Positions 1 to 10,740 of a DNA stretch of 64,000 nucleotides are shown one piece after another. The position numbers and the translations under genes were made by a program. Numbering within the stretch: position 1 is the stretch's first letter; every line of letters starts with the position of its first letter. Below the pieces are notes generated by a model. The model was not told where the DNA came from. It saw nothing but the letters and a program-made list of their open reading frames with translations, and searched no databases. The stretch is taken from the sequence record NC_023719.1, one strand, 5' to 3'.

Positions 1-18
1 AATCCTTCTGTTTCTAAG

Positions 19-819
19 ATGACTGATAAGCTGATACCAGTAGCGTACCCATGGGAGATTATTTCTTTCACTTTTACCGATACAGATAAAGAAGTGTATA
101 CTGCTGCAACTGTAACGGCAGATACTCCACTTATTAGTTTAGCAAACGAAGGTGTAGTAATGGCGGTTACTAGAGCAGTTCAAGATCCTGGCTTAATTGC
201 AAAATTCGGCGTTAGAGTAGCTCCACCCGTAACGACTCCATTAGTGGGAGGATATAAGGGCGCAGAAATATATGCTAATATGCAAATTATAAGGTCATTA
301 GCTAATAGATATACTGGAACTCTACAGATGGTAGAAGAATCTTCAATAAGGGTGGGAGATCCAATAAGATTCCATATTTATGATGAAATACCATTTGCAG
401 AACAAATGGCTAGAGATAAGAAAAATGCTAATAGTGAAAAAAATGCGCAAGCTGTATTTTATGTTGATCAAATTGATAGATCAATTTCAATTAATGGTGT
501 ATCAACAATGTCATTATCGTTAAAAGCGGGAAGAATGATGGGTATGCCATCTATATATGATAAATGTACAGAACTTTATAGACCATTCTTTGAAAAGAGT
601 GCAGATTTACCGCAAACGCCTGAAGATCCAAAAGTTTCTCAAGCTGGTGGAACTTATAAAGTTAAAAAAGGAGATTCTTTATGGAAGATAGCTGTAACTG
701 TTTATGGAAATGGCGCTAAATGGAATGTAATTTATGAAGCGAACAGGAAAGATATGAAACGAGGTCCTTTAACTCAACCCGATAGGGTTTATGAAGGTCA
801 AGTCTTAAAAATACCGTAA
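19..819 (+). CDS. Baseplate hub/tail protein with C-terminal LysM domain (5'-truncated by window edge)
   Basis: Frame is open from base 1; C-terminal TYKVKKGDSLWKIA...IYEAN...PDRVYEGQVLKIP is a LysM motif; lies upstream of baseplate genes. Confidence 0.75.
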   Translation: MTDKLIPVAYPWEIISFTFTDTDKEVYTAATVTADTPLISLANEGVVMAVTRAVQDPGLIAKFGVRVAPPVTTPLVGGYKGAEIYANMQIIRSLANRYTGTLQMVEESSIRVGDPIRFHIYDEIPFAEQMARDKKNANSEKNAQAVFYVDQIDRSISINGVSTMSLSLKAGRMMGMPSIYDKCTELYRPFFEKSADLPQTPEDPKVSQAGGTYKVKKGDSLWKIAVTVYGNGAKWNVIYEANRKDMKRGPLTQPDRVYEGQVLKIP

Positions 820-825
820 TTTATC

Positions 826-857
826 AAACAACTCTTAATTTTAAGGGTTGTTTTTTT
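826..857 (+). terminator. Rho-independent terminator
   Basis: aaacaactcttaa/ttaagggttgttt stem followed by a T-run. Confidence 0.8.
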
Positions 858-959
858 ATTTTGTAAAATAAAAAGTGATTTAATAACTATTTATTTTAGT
901 AGGAGTATGAAAATAGATAATGCAAATGTTTTTCAAATAACAATAAAAGAAAGTTAAAG

Positions 960-1973
960 GTGATTAATGTGAATGTAAATAATTCATCTAGTGAAGGCAA
1001 CCAAATAGCATCGGGACCATCTTCTGGATTCGTTAGATCAACAATGACAAGTAATTCAGCAAATAAGCCTGTTTATGATGGAAAAGTTGATGAATACGGT
1101 AGCGTTAGACTAAGAATTGGTATTGTTGATAACCCTATGATAAAAAGAAATGCTGGTTCTAAAATAGAACCAACTGACCCATACAATATTGTCAATTTAA
1201 GAACTGGACATATAACAGTTAGATGGGCAGAGCAAGATGGTGGAGTAGTTAGGTCTTCTTCGTTTGGTTCATATGGAAAAGAAGGAGAGACTTCTGATAA
1301 AGAATCATTGGCTCTTACTCACCCAATGATATGGGCTAATGATAGTAATTGGTGCGGCATGAACTACTTACCGCCTATTGGTTCAGTTGTAGTAGTAGGT
1401 TTTAGAAAACATAATCAACCAATAGTGTTAGGCTATATACAGCCACATTATGAAGTTGTTACTGATATAGAATTAGGGGAAATAATGAATAAAGGTTTTG
1501 GTAATAATACTTCTCACTGGAAAATGCATGATGAACAAGAACATAAGGCTTGGGTAATGCAAAATGAATCAAGACCTGTAAAACATTTAAAAGATCAAGA
1601 TGGTAGGAAATATGAATGGAAACCCGCTCCTTATACTGTCGGATTAAAACTTAGATTAAAAGCTTGGATTGATCCATTTAACCCAGATGATAAAAAAGAA
1701 ATGGTAGAAATATATGCATATAAAATAAAAGATGGTGTTTTGTTGCATCATAGCTCATTAGAGGTAAGACCTGAAAAAGTGCACACGTGGTCCGAAGATC
1801 CTATAAATGGAAAAGTTCGTTCAGAACAAGTCATAACTCCAAGCTATGCTAAAATCGGAACATCGAAGACAGACTCTCCATCTTCATCATCTACTACTTG
1901 GTCACCTGGTTCTATAGTATCTGATGCAACAGACTTAATAAAAATGACAGCGGGAGTAATACAATTAAATTAG
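960..1973 (+). CDS. Baseplate spike/gpV-gp5-like protein (N-terminal OB fold)
   Basis: GMNYLPPIGSVVVVGF...PIVLGYI pattern typical of spike OB-fold domains; C-terminal beta-rich repeats; synteny. Confidence 0.65.
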   Translation: MINVNVNNSSSEGNQIASGPSSGFVRSTMTSNSANKPVYDGKVDEYGSVRLRIGIVDNPMIKRNAGSKIEPTDPYNIVNLRTGHITVRWAEQDGGVVRSSSFGSYGKEGETSDKESLALTHPMIWANDSNWCGMNYLPPIGSVVVVGFRKHNQPIVLGYIQPHYEVVTDIELGEIMNKGFGNNTSHWKMHDEQEHKAWVMQNESRPVKHLKDQDGRKYEWKPAPYTVGLKLRLKAWIDPFNPDDKKEMVEIYAYKIKDGVLLHHSSLEVRPEKVHTWSEDPINGKVRSEQVITPSYAKIGTSKTDSPSSSSTTWSPGSIVSDATDLIKMTAGVIQLN

Positions 1974-1984
1974 AGGTGTAAGGG

Positions 1985-2890
1985 ATGAGTATAGATGTTC
2001 AAATGTTTGTATTATGCGATCACTTAGTTAGTGGCACAGAAATAAATGATCCTATGGAAAAGCCTAAGTTGACTGTTGAATTTAATGCGCAATCTACTTT
2101 AGAACCAGGCACGTATTATGTAGTAAATACATTTATCAATAGACATGCTGATGAAACATGTAGAGGCCCTTTTTCAAAAATATATGTTGAAGAAAAACGA
2201 AGTTTAAACATAGAGTTGGCGCAATACTTTAATGAAGATTTAATTAGTACAAAAAATGTATATGTTGGTTATACAAAGGAGAATTTAACAAATACTCACT
2301 TAACTGATATACAAATAAAAAGAGAACAAGAAGTATTGAGTAATTTGAGTTTCCAAGATAATGTTATTAGAGGTATATATAAAATGACAGAATTAAAAAG
2401 AGTTGTCAAATATCCCCCTAGTAAAAATACTACAAAAACAGCAAATTACAATGGTAGGGAAAGTACTTGTCCGAAATGTCTTGGCAAGGGTTATTATTAT
2501 GACATTTATTTCGATAAAGCAGGTAAAGCTATTACAGCTACAAAATCTCAAAAATTACTTCAAGAATGTTTGAAAGTTTTAGTTGATGAAAAATTAGGTA
2601 ACAAATTCCACCCAAATTGGGGATGCGATATCGAACAAAGAATTGGAACAAAAAACATGGGTTCGTCTATAGAGATGTTAAAAGTTGAATTATCTGTTAG
2701 AGATGCAGTAGAAAGATTAAGAAAGTTACAAATGAATAACCAAATTATGTACGGAAATATGAACGAAGAAGAAATAATAGATACTATTGAATCTATAGAT
2801 GTAACAAAGGATGGACCTACTGGTTACAATATTGATATTGAAGTTGTTTCTGTTATGGGGGAAGTAATAACTTACAATATTAGATTATAG
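1985..2890 (+). CDS. Baseplate wedge gp25/GPW-like protein with N-terminal extension and CxxC motif
   Basis: C-terminal half LLQECLKVL...FHPNWGCDIEQRIG...IDIEVVS is gp25-like; CPKCLGKG motif; lies between spike and baseplate J. Confidence 0.7.
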   Translation: MSIDVQMFVLCDHLVSGTEINDPMEKPKLTVEFNAQSTLEPGTYYVVNTFINRHADETCRGPFSKIYVEEKRSLNIELAQYFNEDLISTKNVYVGYTKENLTNTHLTDIQIKREQEVLSNLSFQDNVIRGIYKMTELKRVVKYPPSKNTTKTANYNGRESTCPKCLGKGYYYDIYFDKAGKAITATKSQKLLQECLKVLVDEKLGNKFHPNWGCDIEQRIGTKNMGSSIEMLKVELSVRDAVERLRKLQMNNQIMYGNMNEEEIIDTIESIDVTKDGPTGYNIDIEVVSVMGEVITYNIRL

Positions 2891-2905
2891 GGATGGTGAT
2901 ATAGA

Positions 2906-4765
2906 ATGGAAATGAAAACGTTGAGTGAAATTGCAATAGGGTTAATATCACATATTCATGATGCTTTACCTGAAGTTGATACTAAAGAAGGTACATTCGT
3001 TAGGGATGTTTTTGTTGACCCAGTATCTACTCATATAGCTGAATTATATCAAGAATTAAAACTATTAGAATTAAGTCAATCTATTGTTACAGCTACAGGA
3101 GCTGATTTAGACAAATTAGCAAGAAATTTCTTCATTAGAAGAAAAGAAGCTTCATATTCTACTGGTAAAATAAGATTTTACCTTGGGTTAAATGAACCTA
3201 AAGAAGATATTTTCATTCCTCAAGGAAGTGTTGTAGGTTCGCCGGGCGATGCTAATACTGAACCAACGGAATATATGACTTCTATTTCAGCGAGTGTACT
3301 TGCTGGGGATAAGTCTACTTATCATTTGGATGTAGAAAATGGATTATTTTATATTGATGTAGATGCTATTTCGTTAGAACCAGGTTCACAATACAATGTT
3401 GGTTCTCATACTATTACATTACTTGGTGACGTTGTTGAAACTGAAGTAACATCTGTTACGAACCCATTCCCTTTTACAGGCGGTACTGATGCAGAAGATG
3501 ATTTAAGTTTACAAATGAGAGTTTCGATGGCTATCACTGGTGTAAATATTGGTACTAAAGACGGTTACATGTCATTCATGATGAAACAAAGTGAAGTTCA
3601 TGACGTTGTAGTTGTAGGTGCTGGTGATCCATTAATGACACGAGATAATGGTGAAGGTGGTATGGTTGATATTTATGTTAGGGCAGAAGATGCTGAAGAA
3701 TATAAAGAAACATTCTACGTTAGTGATGAATATACAACAGGAACAATACATGTAAAACCTTATGATAATATTATCCCAAAGAAACAGCCTATTATAATGA
3801 TAGATCGGATAATAGGCAGAATTCCAAATAGTTCTTCTGAGACTGGATATGATGAAAGAGTATATATTAATGGTTCTAACTACAAAAAAGAAAAAGGTTC
3901 AAATAAGTATTATCGAGATATTCTGTGGAATTTTGCAGATGTTCCAGTTGAAGGTTTAACTGATGATGACTTATTAGAAGCAACTGCTATTAATGTTTTA
4001 AATGTCTTACTTAAAAATATAACTTATTTAAAAGATATTAAGTATGATATTGATTGGCAAATGATAGACCCTTACAATGATAATAACAACCAAGATGATC
4101 AATATTTTTATAGAGGTTATTACAACGATGGGTTAGTTTATCTAATTACTTCAAGAAATGATGAAAATAATTCATTTATAGGTGGTAGAAATTTCATATC
4201 AAGAGATAAAAAAATATATGAAAGAATATACGTTGAGCCAGACTTTGAAATTGAACGTGATACAACTGAGTATGCGAAAAGTTATCAAGCAAAAGATTCT
4301 ATTAAGTGGTTAAGTACAGAAAGACATAGTTTGCCAACTATAGATGAAACCTTGCATATAAGTTATTCTTGGAATAGTGTTATTGATTCATTACAACAAA
4401 GACTTGAAGAAAAGAAAATATTAACAGCAGATGTTTTAATAAAACAAGCAAATGAAATTCCAATTGAAATCAAAATGAAAGTTGTACCTGATAGCGGATA
4501 TAACGCTAACGTAATTAGAAACAATGTTGTTGATAATATTTCTAGTTATATTAATGAAATGAATAAAATGGGTGGAGCTATTGATAGATCTGACTTGGTT
4601 TATTTAGCAAGAGGAACTGAGGGTGTGGAAGCTGTCGATATATCAAATGTACATTTATCAATTTTTGATTCTGCTCCTGTTCAGAAAATAGAACTTAAAG
4701 ATGTTGAATATATGAAGCTAGAAAGTATTTATATTGAAGTGTTGAAAGTAGGGACTATTGTTTAA
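2906..4765 (+). CDS. Baseplate J-like protein (enlarged by a central insertion)
   Basis: ATGADLDKLA, FTGGTDAEDDLSLQMR, VVVVGAGD motifs of baseplate J. Confidence 0.85.
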   Translation: MEMKTLSEIAIGLISHIHDALPEVDTKEGTFVRDVFVDPVSTHIAELYQELKLLELSQSIVTATGADLDKLARNFFIRRKEASYSTGKIRFYLGLNEPKEDIFIPQGSVVGSPGDANTEPTEYMTSISASVLAGDKSTYHLDVENGLFYIDVDAISLEPGSQYNVGSHTITLLGDVVETEVTSVTNPFPFTGGTDAEDDLSLQMRVSMAITGVNIGTKDGYMSFMMKQSEVHDVVVVGAGDPLMTRDNGEGGMVDIYVRAEDAEEYKETFYVSDEYTTGTIHVKPYDNIIPKKQPIIMIDRIIGRIPNSSSETGYDERVYINGSNYKKEKGSNKYYRDILWNFADVPVEGLTDDDLLEATAINVLNVLLKNITYLKDIKYDIDWQMIDPYNDNNNQDDQYFYRGYYNDGLVYLITSRNDENNSFIGGRNFISRDKKIYERIYVEPDFEIERDTTEYAKSYQAKDSIKWLSTERHSLPTIDETLHISYSWNSVIDSLQQRLEEKKILTADVLIKQANEIPIEIKMKVVPDSGYNANVIRNNVVDNISSYINEMNKMGGAIDRSDLVYLARGTEGVEAVDISNVHLSIFDSAPVQKIELKDVEYMKLESIYIEVLKVGTIV

Positions 4766-4789
4766 GGAATCTAAAGGGAGGGAAGAAAA

Positions 4790-7700
4790 TTGGAGAATTA
4801 CGAAAAAAAGCAAGCACAAATTGAAAGGATTTTAAGAGAACTAATTGAACTCCTTCCTTCATCTTATAATAGAGAGTCTACCGATACAAACTATTATAAA
4901 TTGTTAAGAGCATTAGCACATGAACTAGCTGATTCTAGAGTGAAAATAGAAGAGGTAAAAGAAAATGCTTATTTAGATACTGTACATCCAAACGCAATTT
5001 ATAATAATTTTGGTACGTTAGTAAGATTGAAAAAATCTCCAGAATGGGATGATGAAAAATATAGAGGTTTAATTCAAGGGGTTATTCAATCTTTACTAAT
5101 GGGACCGACTAAAGAGTCTTTAATAAAAGCATTTAAATTATTTACTAATTTTAATGTTCAAGTATATGAATTATATAAAGACGCTGATAAACTAGACCCA
5201 TCTATTTATGAAGGATATAACCCAAAATACACTTTTCTATTAGAAATAGAAAAGCCTTTAGATACCTACTCAGATACTGCAGCACTTCAGCGAGATGCAA
5301 ATTATATCATTGGTATATTAAAACCTGCCCATACTATTGGATTACAGATTACAAACTTAACCGATAGCGAAGATTTTAGATTTTACTACGGGGTAGATAG
5401 GCAAGTTAATAATTTAGCTAAAAATCTAATAAAAGAAAATATAAGTAATAGAGTAAATGAACTTGTATTAGATAATTTAGAGGAAAGAGCTAAGAAATTT
5501 GCTGAAAGTGAAAATATAAGATTAGAAGAAGCTCTGGACACTATATATAAACGAAATTATGGTATGTCTAGAAGCGACTATCAAAGTTATATATCCTACA
5601 GAGCTAGACTATTGTATGAAAACTATTTAAACTGTTTCTCATCAGATAGCAAAAGTTTAAATATAAATGAAGGATTAATTCCTACGTTGAACTTAAATAA
5701 TTTTAGTAGATTAGTTTTTGATGTTTTAATGAAAGAACACAATAGCACGTCTAATGCTAAAATGATAAGTAAACTTGAAATAAAAGGAAATGTAAACTAC
5801 GAAGCAGATATAAGAATGTTTTCTGGAGAAAACAAAACTTTTTCTTTTATTTTTAATGCTAGCATTGATGCTAAAATCGGTTATGCTCTTGAAATAGATG
5901 ACATCGATAAAACAATTAAACTTTTAAATATAAGAGACAATAAAGTATTAAGCTTTTTAAATTTAACACAAATATTAAAAAGTGGTACTGCTTTTAACTT
6001 AAAAATAAACTATACAAGAAATGAACAAAATTCAAAAAATAAATTAGAAGTTTTCATTGACGATTTAAAGACAATTGATGTAGAAATACCTGAATTCCAA
6101 GAGTGGCATTTCGGTTTCCAAACTGGAAGAGATTTAATAAGAATTTCAAATTTTAAAATTAATGATGTAAGTATTAAAGAATTTGAAAACAAATACGACA
6201 ATACTGATTCTAGGAACTTCTGGTCAATCCCTTTACAAGATAAAACAAAGGTACAATATGGAACTTGGTTTGAACAAGGGGAGTCTAAATACTTACTTGT
6301 TCAAGGTTTAATGGATAGCGCCCACATAAATCAATATATTGAGGGTTTATACTTAGATAGTATTGGTGCATTAACTGAAGATGATTTATATGAGAGAATC
6401 CAACTTGAAAAAGAAAGATTAAAAGCTATTTACATTAAGCAGGGTAATGATCCATCGCTTATAGAAGAGTACGAATGGGATAGAAAAGCAACAGAAAGTA
6501 TTAAGGAAGAACTATTCCGCAACGACATTATAGAGTCGCTTGGCGGTCCAGACAACTTATATAACTATTGTTTAGCGGAAGCAAGTAAATTTAAAGATGA
6601 TTACGAAGCAGCATATAGAAGCAATTTTCCGTATTTGGGTATGGACAGAGTTGATGTTGAGGGGGAAAATATTAACGATGAACATCGTTATGGATGGAAA
6701 CACCTATCGCATAAAGGGCAATTAACTACATCCATTGATCTAGACGGCCCTAAAATTGGTGGTGTCAATTTAATTGGACCTAGATTTACTTTACAGGATG
6801 ACTATATTTTAAAAGTAGATAGTATTAATTCTGAGAATGTTGATGTTAAGGGCATGAGTAATAAGCCTTATATTATCAATAGAATGAAAATATTTGATAC
6901 TACGCATAGTCTTGTAGCTAGTGAAAAAGAAAATTTAGAATCATATTATGTCCGTGGCCCTGGTTACGAAGAAACATATGATGTTACAGAAAATGTAATT
7001 GAAGAAAATATAAATGAAATAGAATTTGACTTTGCTGACATTTTTGAATTCTCTATTTACAGAAATGCATTTGTGTTGAATGTAAATGTTTTAAATGGAC
7101 CTGAAACTTGGGTTGATGAAGAAGCTGTTGATAGAATTGTATTCTTAGATGTAGATTTAGAAGAAGATATTGCATTTATTAAGAGTTCTTCTAACATAGT
7201 TATCAATAAATCACTAATAAACGGGAAAATGGACGTTATAGCTCCAAAAACAAACGGAAGACTAGATGAAGCTTGTATGGAAATGGAATTTGGTAGTGAT
7301 ACTTACGAGCTTGATATAAACTCGGATTTATCAGTATTTGAAAATGAGTTTGATGAACACTACTTAATGTATCCATTTAGAGATTCATTCATGACAAATA
7401 AAGATCGTATTAATCGTAAAAAGATTTATTTGATTTCCCCTGATCACTTAGAAATGGGTACCGAATTTGCTGAAAACATTGATTTTACTTCTAATACTAA
7501 AATTATAATCAATAATAGTCTAATTGGTTCTAAAGATATGCTTGTTATAGATAAAGAACGTTATGAAACAGACTTAGACGGATATAGCGAAACTTATAAT
7601 AAAGTAAAAGATGAAAACATCATAGAATACGAAGACGAAGAAACATTCTTATTTAGCAAATATAGAAACATGTTCCAATTGAACTATGATATGTTAAATG

Positions 7701-8119
7701 ATAAAGAAGTATGGTTAGATGAAGAAGATGTTGATCAATTAAGTACTAGAACAACATTCTATTTAGAAGAAACTTTCGGAGTTATTAAAGTTGCTGAACC
7801 ATTCCATTTAAATATATCAAATACAAATGTTACTAAGATGATTACTAAGTCAAGTATAATTGATAAAGTTACAATGGGGTTGGATTATGATTTAGAAGAG
7901 AAATACGAGATTAATGAAAATTTAAATTCGCAAGAAAATGAATTTGAATTTGAAGACACCTACACATTTAACATGTCTAGTTTGTTTAGGTTAAACTTAG
8001 ATCAGTTAAATACACAAGACAAAGGTTTGATGTTAGGTGCTGGAAATACTGCTGAGTTAGTATTAAGTAGAATTGACGATGAGGGTAATGAGGTTATTTT
8101 AGAAACAAGAATTATTTAA
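4790..8119 (+). CDS. Large baseplate wedge/tail protein (gpI-like N-terminus, repetitive acidic C-terminus)
   Basis: TTG start with GGGAGG RBS; N-terminal LIELLPSSY...NNFG...KPAHT resembles baseplate I-like proteins; follows baseplate J; FxLNxxxLN repeats. Confidence 0.65.
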   Translation: MENYEKKQAQIERILRELIELLPSSYNRESTDTNYYKLLRALAHELADSRVKIEEVKENAYLDTVHPNAIYNNFGTLVRLKKSPEWDDEKYRGLIQGVIQSLLMGPTKESLIKAFKLFTNFNVQVYELYKDADKLDPSIYEGYNPKYTFLLEIEKPLDTYSDTAALQRDANYIIGILKPAHTIGLQITNLTDSEDFRFYYGVDRQVNNLAKNLIKENISNRVNELVLDNLEERAKKFAESENIRLEEALDTIYKRNYGMSRSDYQSYISYRARLLYENYLNCFSSDSKSLNINEGLIPTLNLNNFSRLVFDVLMKEHNSTSNAKMISKLEIKGNVNYEADIRMFSGENKTFSFIFNASIDAKIGYALEIDDIDKTIKLLNIRDNKVLSFLNLTQILKSGTAFNLKINYTRNEQNSKNKLEVFIDDLKTIDVEIPEFQEWHFGFQTGRDLIRISNFKINDVSIKEFENKYDNTDSRNFWSIPLQDKTKVQYGTWFEQGESKYLLVQGLMDSAHINQYIEGLYLDSIGALTEDDLYERIQLEKERLKAIYIKQGNDPSLIEEYEWDRKATESIKEELFRNDIIESLGGPDNLYNYCLAEASKFKDDYEAAYRSNFPYLGMDRVDVEGENINDEHRYGWKHLSHKGQLTTSIDLDGPKIGGVNLIGPRFTLQDDYILKVDSINSENVDVKGMSNKPYIINRMKIFDTTHSLVASEKENLESYYVRGPGYEETYDVTENVIEENINEIEFDFADIFEFSIYRNAFVLNVNVLNGPETWVDEEAVDRIVFLDVDLEEDIAFIKSSSNIVINKSLINGKMDVIAPKTNGRLDEACMEMEFGSDTYELDINSDLSVFENEFDEHYLMYPFRDSFMTNKDRINRKKIYLISPDHLEMGTEFAENIDFTSNTKIIINNSLIGSKDMLVIDKERYETDLDGYSETYNKVKDENIIEYEDEETFLFSKYRNMFQLNYDMLNDKEVWLDEEDVDQLSTRTTFYLEETFGVIKVAEPFHLNISNTNVTKMITKSSIIDKVTMGLDYDLEEKYEINENLNSQENEFEFEDTYTFNMSSLFRLNLDQLNTQDKGLMLGAGNTAELVLSRIDDEGNEVILETRII

Positions 8120-8122
8120 AGT

Positions 8123-8165
8123 AAAATTAAACGGTACTATTTTGAATGTATCGTTTAATTTTTTA
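8123..8165 (+). terminator. Rho-independent terminator
   Basis: aaattaaacggtac/gtatcgtttaattt stem plus T-run. Confidence 0.7.
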
Positions 8166-8273
8166 TTTATTAGAGAAATAATTTTTAGATTACAAGCTAT
8201 TAAAGATATAGAATCAATGAAATTATTGTGATTTTAAAAATAACTAAACTTACTATAAAGGAGTGTTTGTTGA

Positions 8274-8867
8274 ATGAATAGCTCTGAAGAATTCAAACAG
8301 CCTACTGGTCATATTGGTATTATACTTCATAGAGGTGGAGAATACGATATCGAAACAAATACAGTGCAAGGCGGAGAACTTCTTGAACAAATAGAATTTA
8401 AAAACTTAATCGTTAATACAGCATCTACGCTTATGGCGCAACGATTAGCACCTGGTTATGAACAAAATAAAAACACGGGTACATTTATTGCTGATGGACT
8501 TCAATACTTAGCTGTTGGCACTATTGTTGACCCAGATAATCCTGGGAACTTCAACTATATGAGCCCACCTCCAGCAACTGTTGAGCAAACTAAATTAGAG
8601 AAAGAGTTGTTCCGTAAAGAGTTCACAAGCTGGACGTTCTTAGATCCATCAGGTAATAGTACTGGTAACAACCCAACTAATATTTTACGTCTTGCGACAA
8701 CTTTCATGGAGAATGAAGCTGTTGGTCCTTTAGTAGAGATGGGATTATTTGGTGGTAACGCTACTGCTACTGCAGATACTGGTTATATGTTTAACTACAA
8801 AACTTTCGCAGTATGGAATAAACCAAGCGACGCGAGATTAACAGTCACGTGGAAACTTACGTTCTAA
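8274..8867 (+). CDS. Phage tail/baseplate structural protein
   Basis: AAAGGAG RBS; KNLIVN...YLAVG...LEKELFRK...EMGLFGG...TWKLTF pattern of tail-collar/baseplate proteins. Confidence 0.6.
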   Translation: MNSSEEFKQPTGHIGIILHRGGEYDIETNTVQGGELLEQIEFKNLIVNTASTLMAQRLAPGYEQNKNTGTFIADGLQYLAVGTIVDPDNPGNFNYMSPPPATVEQTKLEKELFRKEFTSWTFLDPSGNSTGNNPTNILRLATTFMENEAVGPLVEMGLFGGNATATADTGYMFNYKTFAVWNKPSDARLTVTWKLTF

Positions 8868-9005
8868 TGTTAATTTTATTTGGTTAATTTAATTATTATT
8901 TAATTAGTAGATGGGAAAGTCGGTTAAAAACAACTGACTTTCTTTTTATATATACATAGAGGTGGAAAATGAAAGAAAAATGCAAGATGAAAAGGCGGGA
9001 GTAAT

Positions 9006-9212
9006 ATGGATTTTAAAAAAGAGTTAGAGAAATTAAAAACTATAGAAGAAGTTTTTGATCTTGTGGATAGTTTTTTAGAAAACGCTAATTATCATGAACT
9101 AGTTGGATTTGGGATTAAACTTTGGAAAGATATTTCCCCTAATATATCAGAAGAATATAAGCTTAGTGCAGCTAAACTATTAGCTTTAAATATTTATAAA
9201 ATAAATGGATAA
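9006..9212 (+). CDS. Hypothetical protein
   Basis: 68-aa ORF with GGGAG RBS. Confidence 0.6.
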   Translation: MDFKKELEKLKTIEEVFDLVDSFLENANYHELVGFGIKLWKDISPNISEEYKLSAAKLLALNIYKING

Positions 9213-9432
9213 AGGAGCGAAAACAATGAAAGAGACGTTGTTTTATATAAAAGATTTAAAAACAGAAAAATATGTTAGTTTTAAGCAAGTAGTAGATGAA
9301 AATAATTTTGCTTCTTTTATCCCTTCATTAGTAAGTAGTAAAGAAAAAGCAACAAAATATAAGTATGAAAGTGGAGCAGTGGGAAATGCTTCATTGTATG
9401 TAGATTTTCCTTATAAGATTGTTGAAGAATAA
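9205..9432 (+). CDS. Hypothetical protein
   Basis: 75-aa ORF; AAAGGAG RBS suggests the real start is the second Met (MKETL). Confidence 0.6.
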   Translation: MDKGAKTMKETLFYIKDLKTEKYVSFKQVVDENNFASFIPSLVSSKEKATKYKYESGAVGNASLYVDFPYKIVEE

Positions 9433-9553
9433 AAGTTAAAGTAGTTTAATTTAATAATTATTTAGTTACACAGAGGGAAGTCAGTTAAAATAATTGACTT
9501 TCTTTTCTATTATATCATATCAATAAAAAACCAACAAGAAAGGGAAGATATAA

Positions 9554-10282
9554 ATGGAAACGATACTTATTGTTGCTACTGTTTTTTTCGCAATTATGTA
9601 TATAGTAAATATGTTTAGAATTTCATATCATAAAAGCGAAGCAGAAAAATTTACAACTTTCAATAGACAAGAAGTAGAAAGAAACGCTAAATTAGAAAAA
9701 CAAATAAAAGAACTAAAAGAGGAAAATAAACAATTACACGATCTAAGTGATGGTTTAGCGAAATTAGTAAACTTTAATACTGAAGTATCTCGAAAATATA
9801 TTGAAATATTGTCTAAGAATTTAGATGCTAAAGTTGGTAGAACTGGTCATTCTAGAGCAATATTGGATAAATTAAAGAAATACAAAGGTAAAGAATATTT
9901 TGGAGATTTTACTGTTGACTATGATGGTGCACAAGAAAAATTGATTGATGCTTCTCCAGAAAAAGTGAATTCAAAATTAAAGTCAAGTTTTTCAAAATCT
10001 AGATCAGTTTCTAGTGGTAATTCACGAAGAAACAGTGGAGATGATGGAGGATTCTTTGGGACTATTCAGAATATAGCTGCTTCTGTGATTGATTCAATTG
10101 ATTCAAGTAGTGGTTCATCTCATTCGCATTCTTCTAGTAGAAATGATGATAATTGGAGTTATCCAAGTTCTAGTTCAAGTTCTAGTTCAAGTTCTGATAG
10201 TTCAAGTTCTTCAAATTATGATAGTGGTTCATCGTCATCTAGCTACGATAGTGGTAGCAGTGGTGGCGGAGGTTTTGATTAA
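9554..10282 (+). CDS. Membrane-anchored coiled-coil protein with Ser/Gly-rich low-complexity tail
   Basis: N-terminal hydrophobic helix, coiled coil, C-terminal SSSSDSSSSSNYDSGSSSSSYDSGSSGGGGFD. Confidence 0.75.
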   Translation: METILIVATVFFAIMYIVNMFRISYHKSEAEKFTTFNRQEVERNAKLEKQIKELKEENKQLHDLSDGLAKLVNFNTEVSRKYIEILSKNLDAKVGRTGHSRAILDKLKKYKGKEYFGDFTVDYDGAQEKLIDASPEKVNSKLKSSFSKSRSVSSGNSRRNSGDDGGFFGTIQNIAASVIDSIDSSSGSSHSHSSSRNDDNWSYPSSSSSSSSSSDSSSSSNYDSGSSSSSYDSGSSGGGGFD

Positions 10283-10392
10283 GAGTGGATAATCCACTCT
10301 TTTTTTTGCTTTAAAGAATATTTTTTTACTAGCAAGAGATATATAAACTATAGGAAAAATACATAAATGTAATTAACGAGGAGTTTTTAAAA

Positions 10393-10665
10393 ATGAAAAA
10401 GATGATTAAAAAAGTAAGTTCGAGATTAAAGAAGATGTATGAAAGAATAGCAGTAACTATATTAGATGTTGCAAATGGTTTAGAGCAGGGTACTGTGATA
10501 GATATGAGAAGAGAAGTATCTCCAAATGTAATAGATATGCGTAAGCAAATTTCTCCAAATGTTATTGATATGAGAAAACAAATTTCGCCAAATGTTATTG
10601 ATATGAGGAATGCTGCAAAACCAAATGTTGTGAAGTTTGTTGATATGAGAAATCAATTGACTTAA
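10393..10665 (+). CDS. Small protein with 11-aa tandem repeats (VIDMRKQISPN)
   Basis: GAGGAG RBS; four full repeats plus one partial. Confidence 0.75.
   Translation: MKKMIKKVSSRLKKMYERIAVTILDVANGLEQGTVIDMRREVSPNVIDMRKQISPNVIDMRKQISPNVIDMRNAAKPNVVKFVDMRNQLT
10495..10653 (+). repeat. 33-bp coding tandem repeat (x4 plus partial)
   Basis: gt.at.gatatg.g....caaat.tc.ccaaat units with synonymous divergence. Confidence 0.85.
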
Positions 10666-10740
10666 AAATAATAAAAAACCATTTTTTTTGTATTTATAAA
10701 AGAAATAGTAGATATTTCAAATATAAAAAACAAATGGGAT

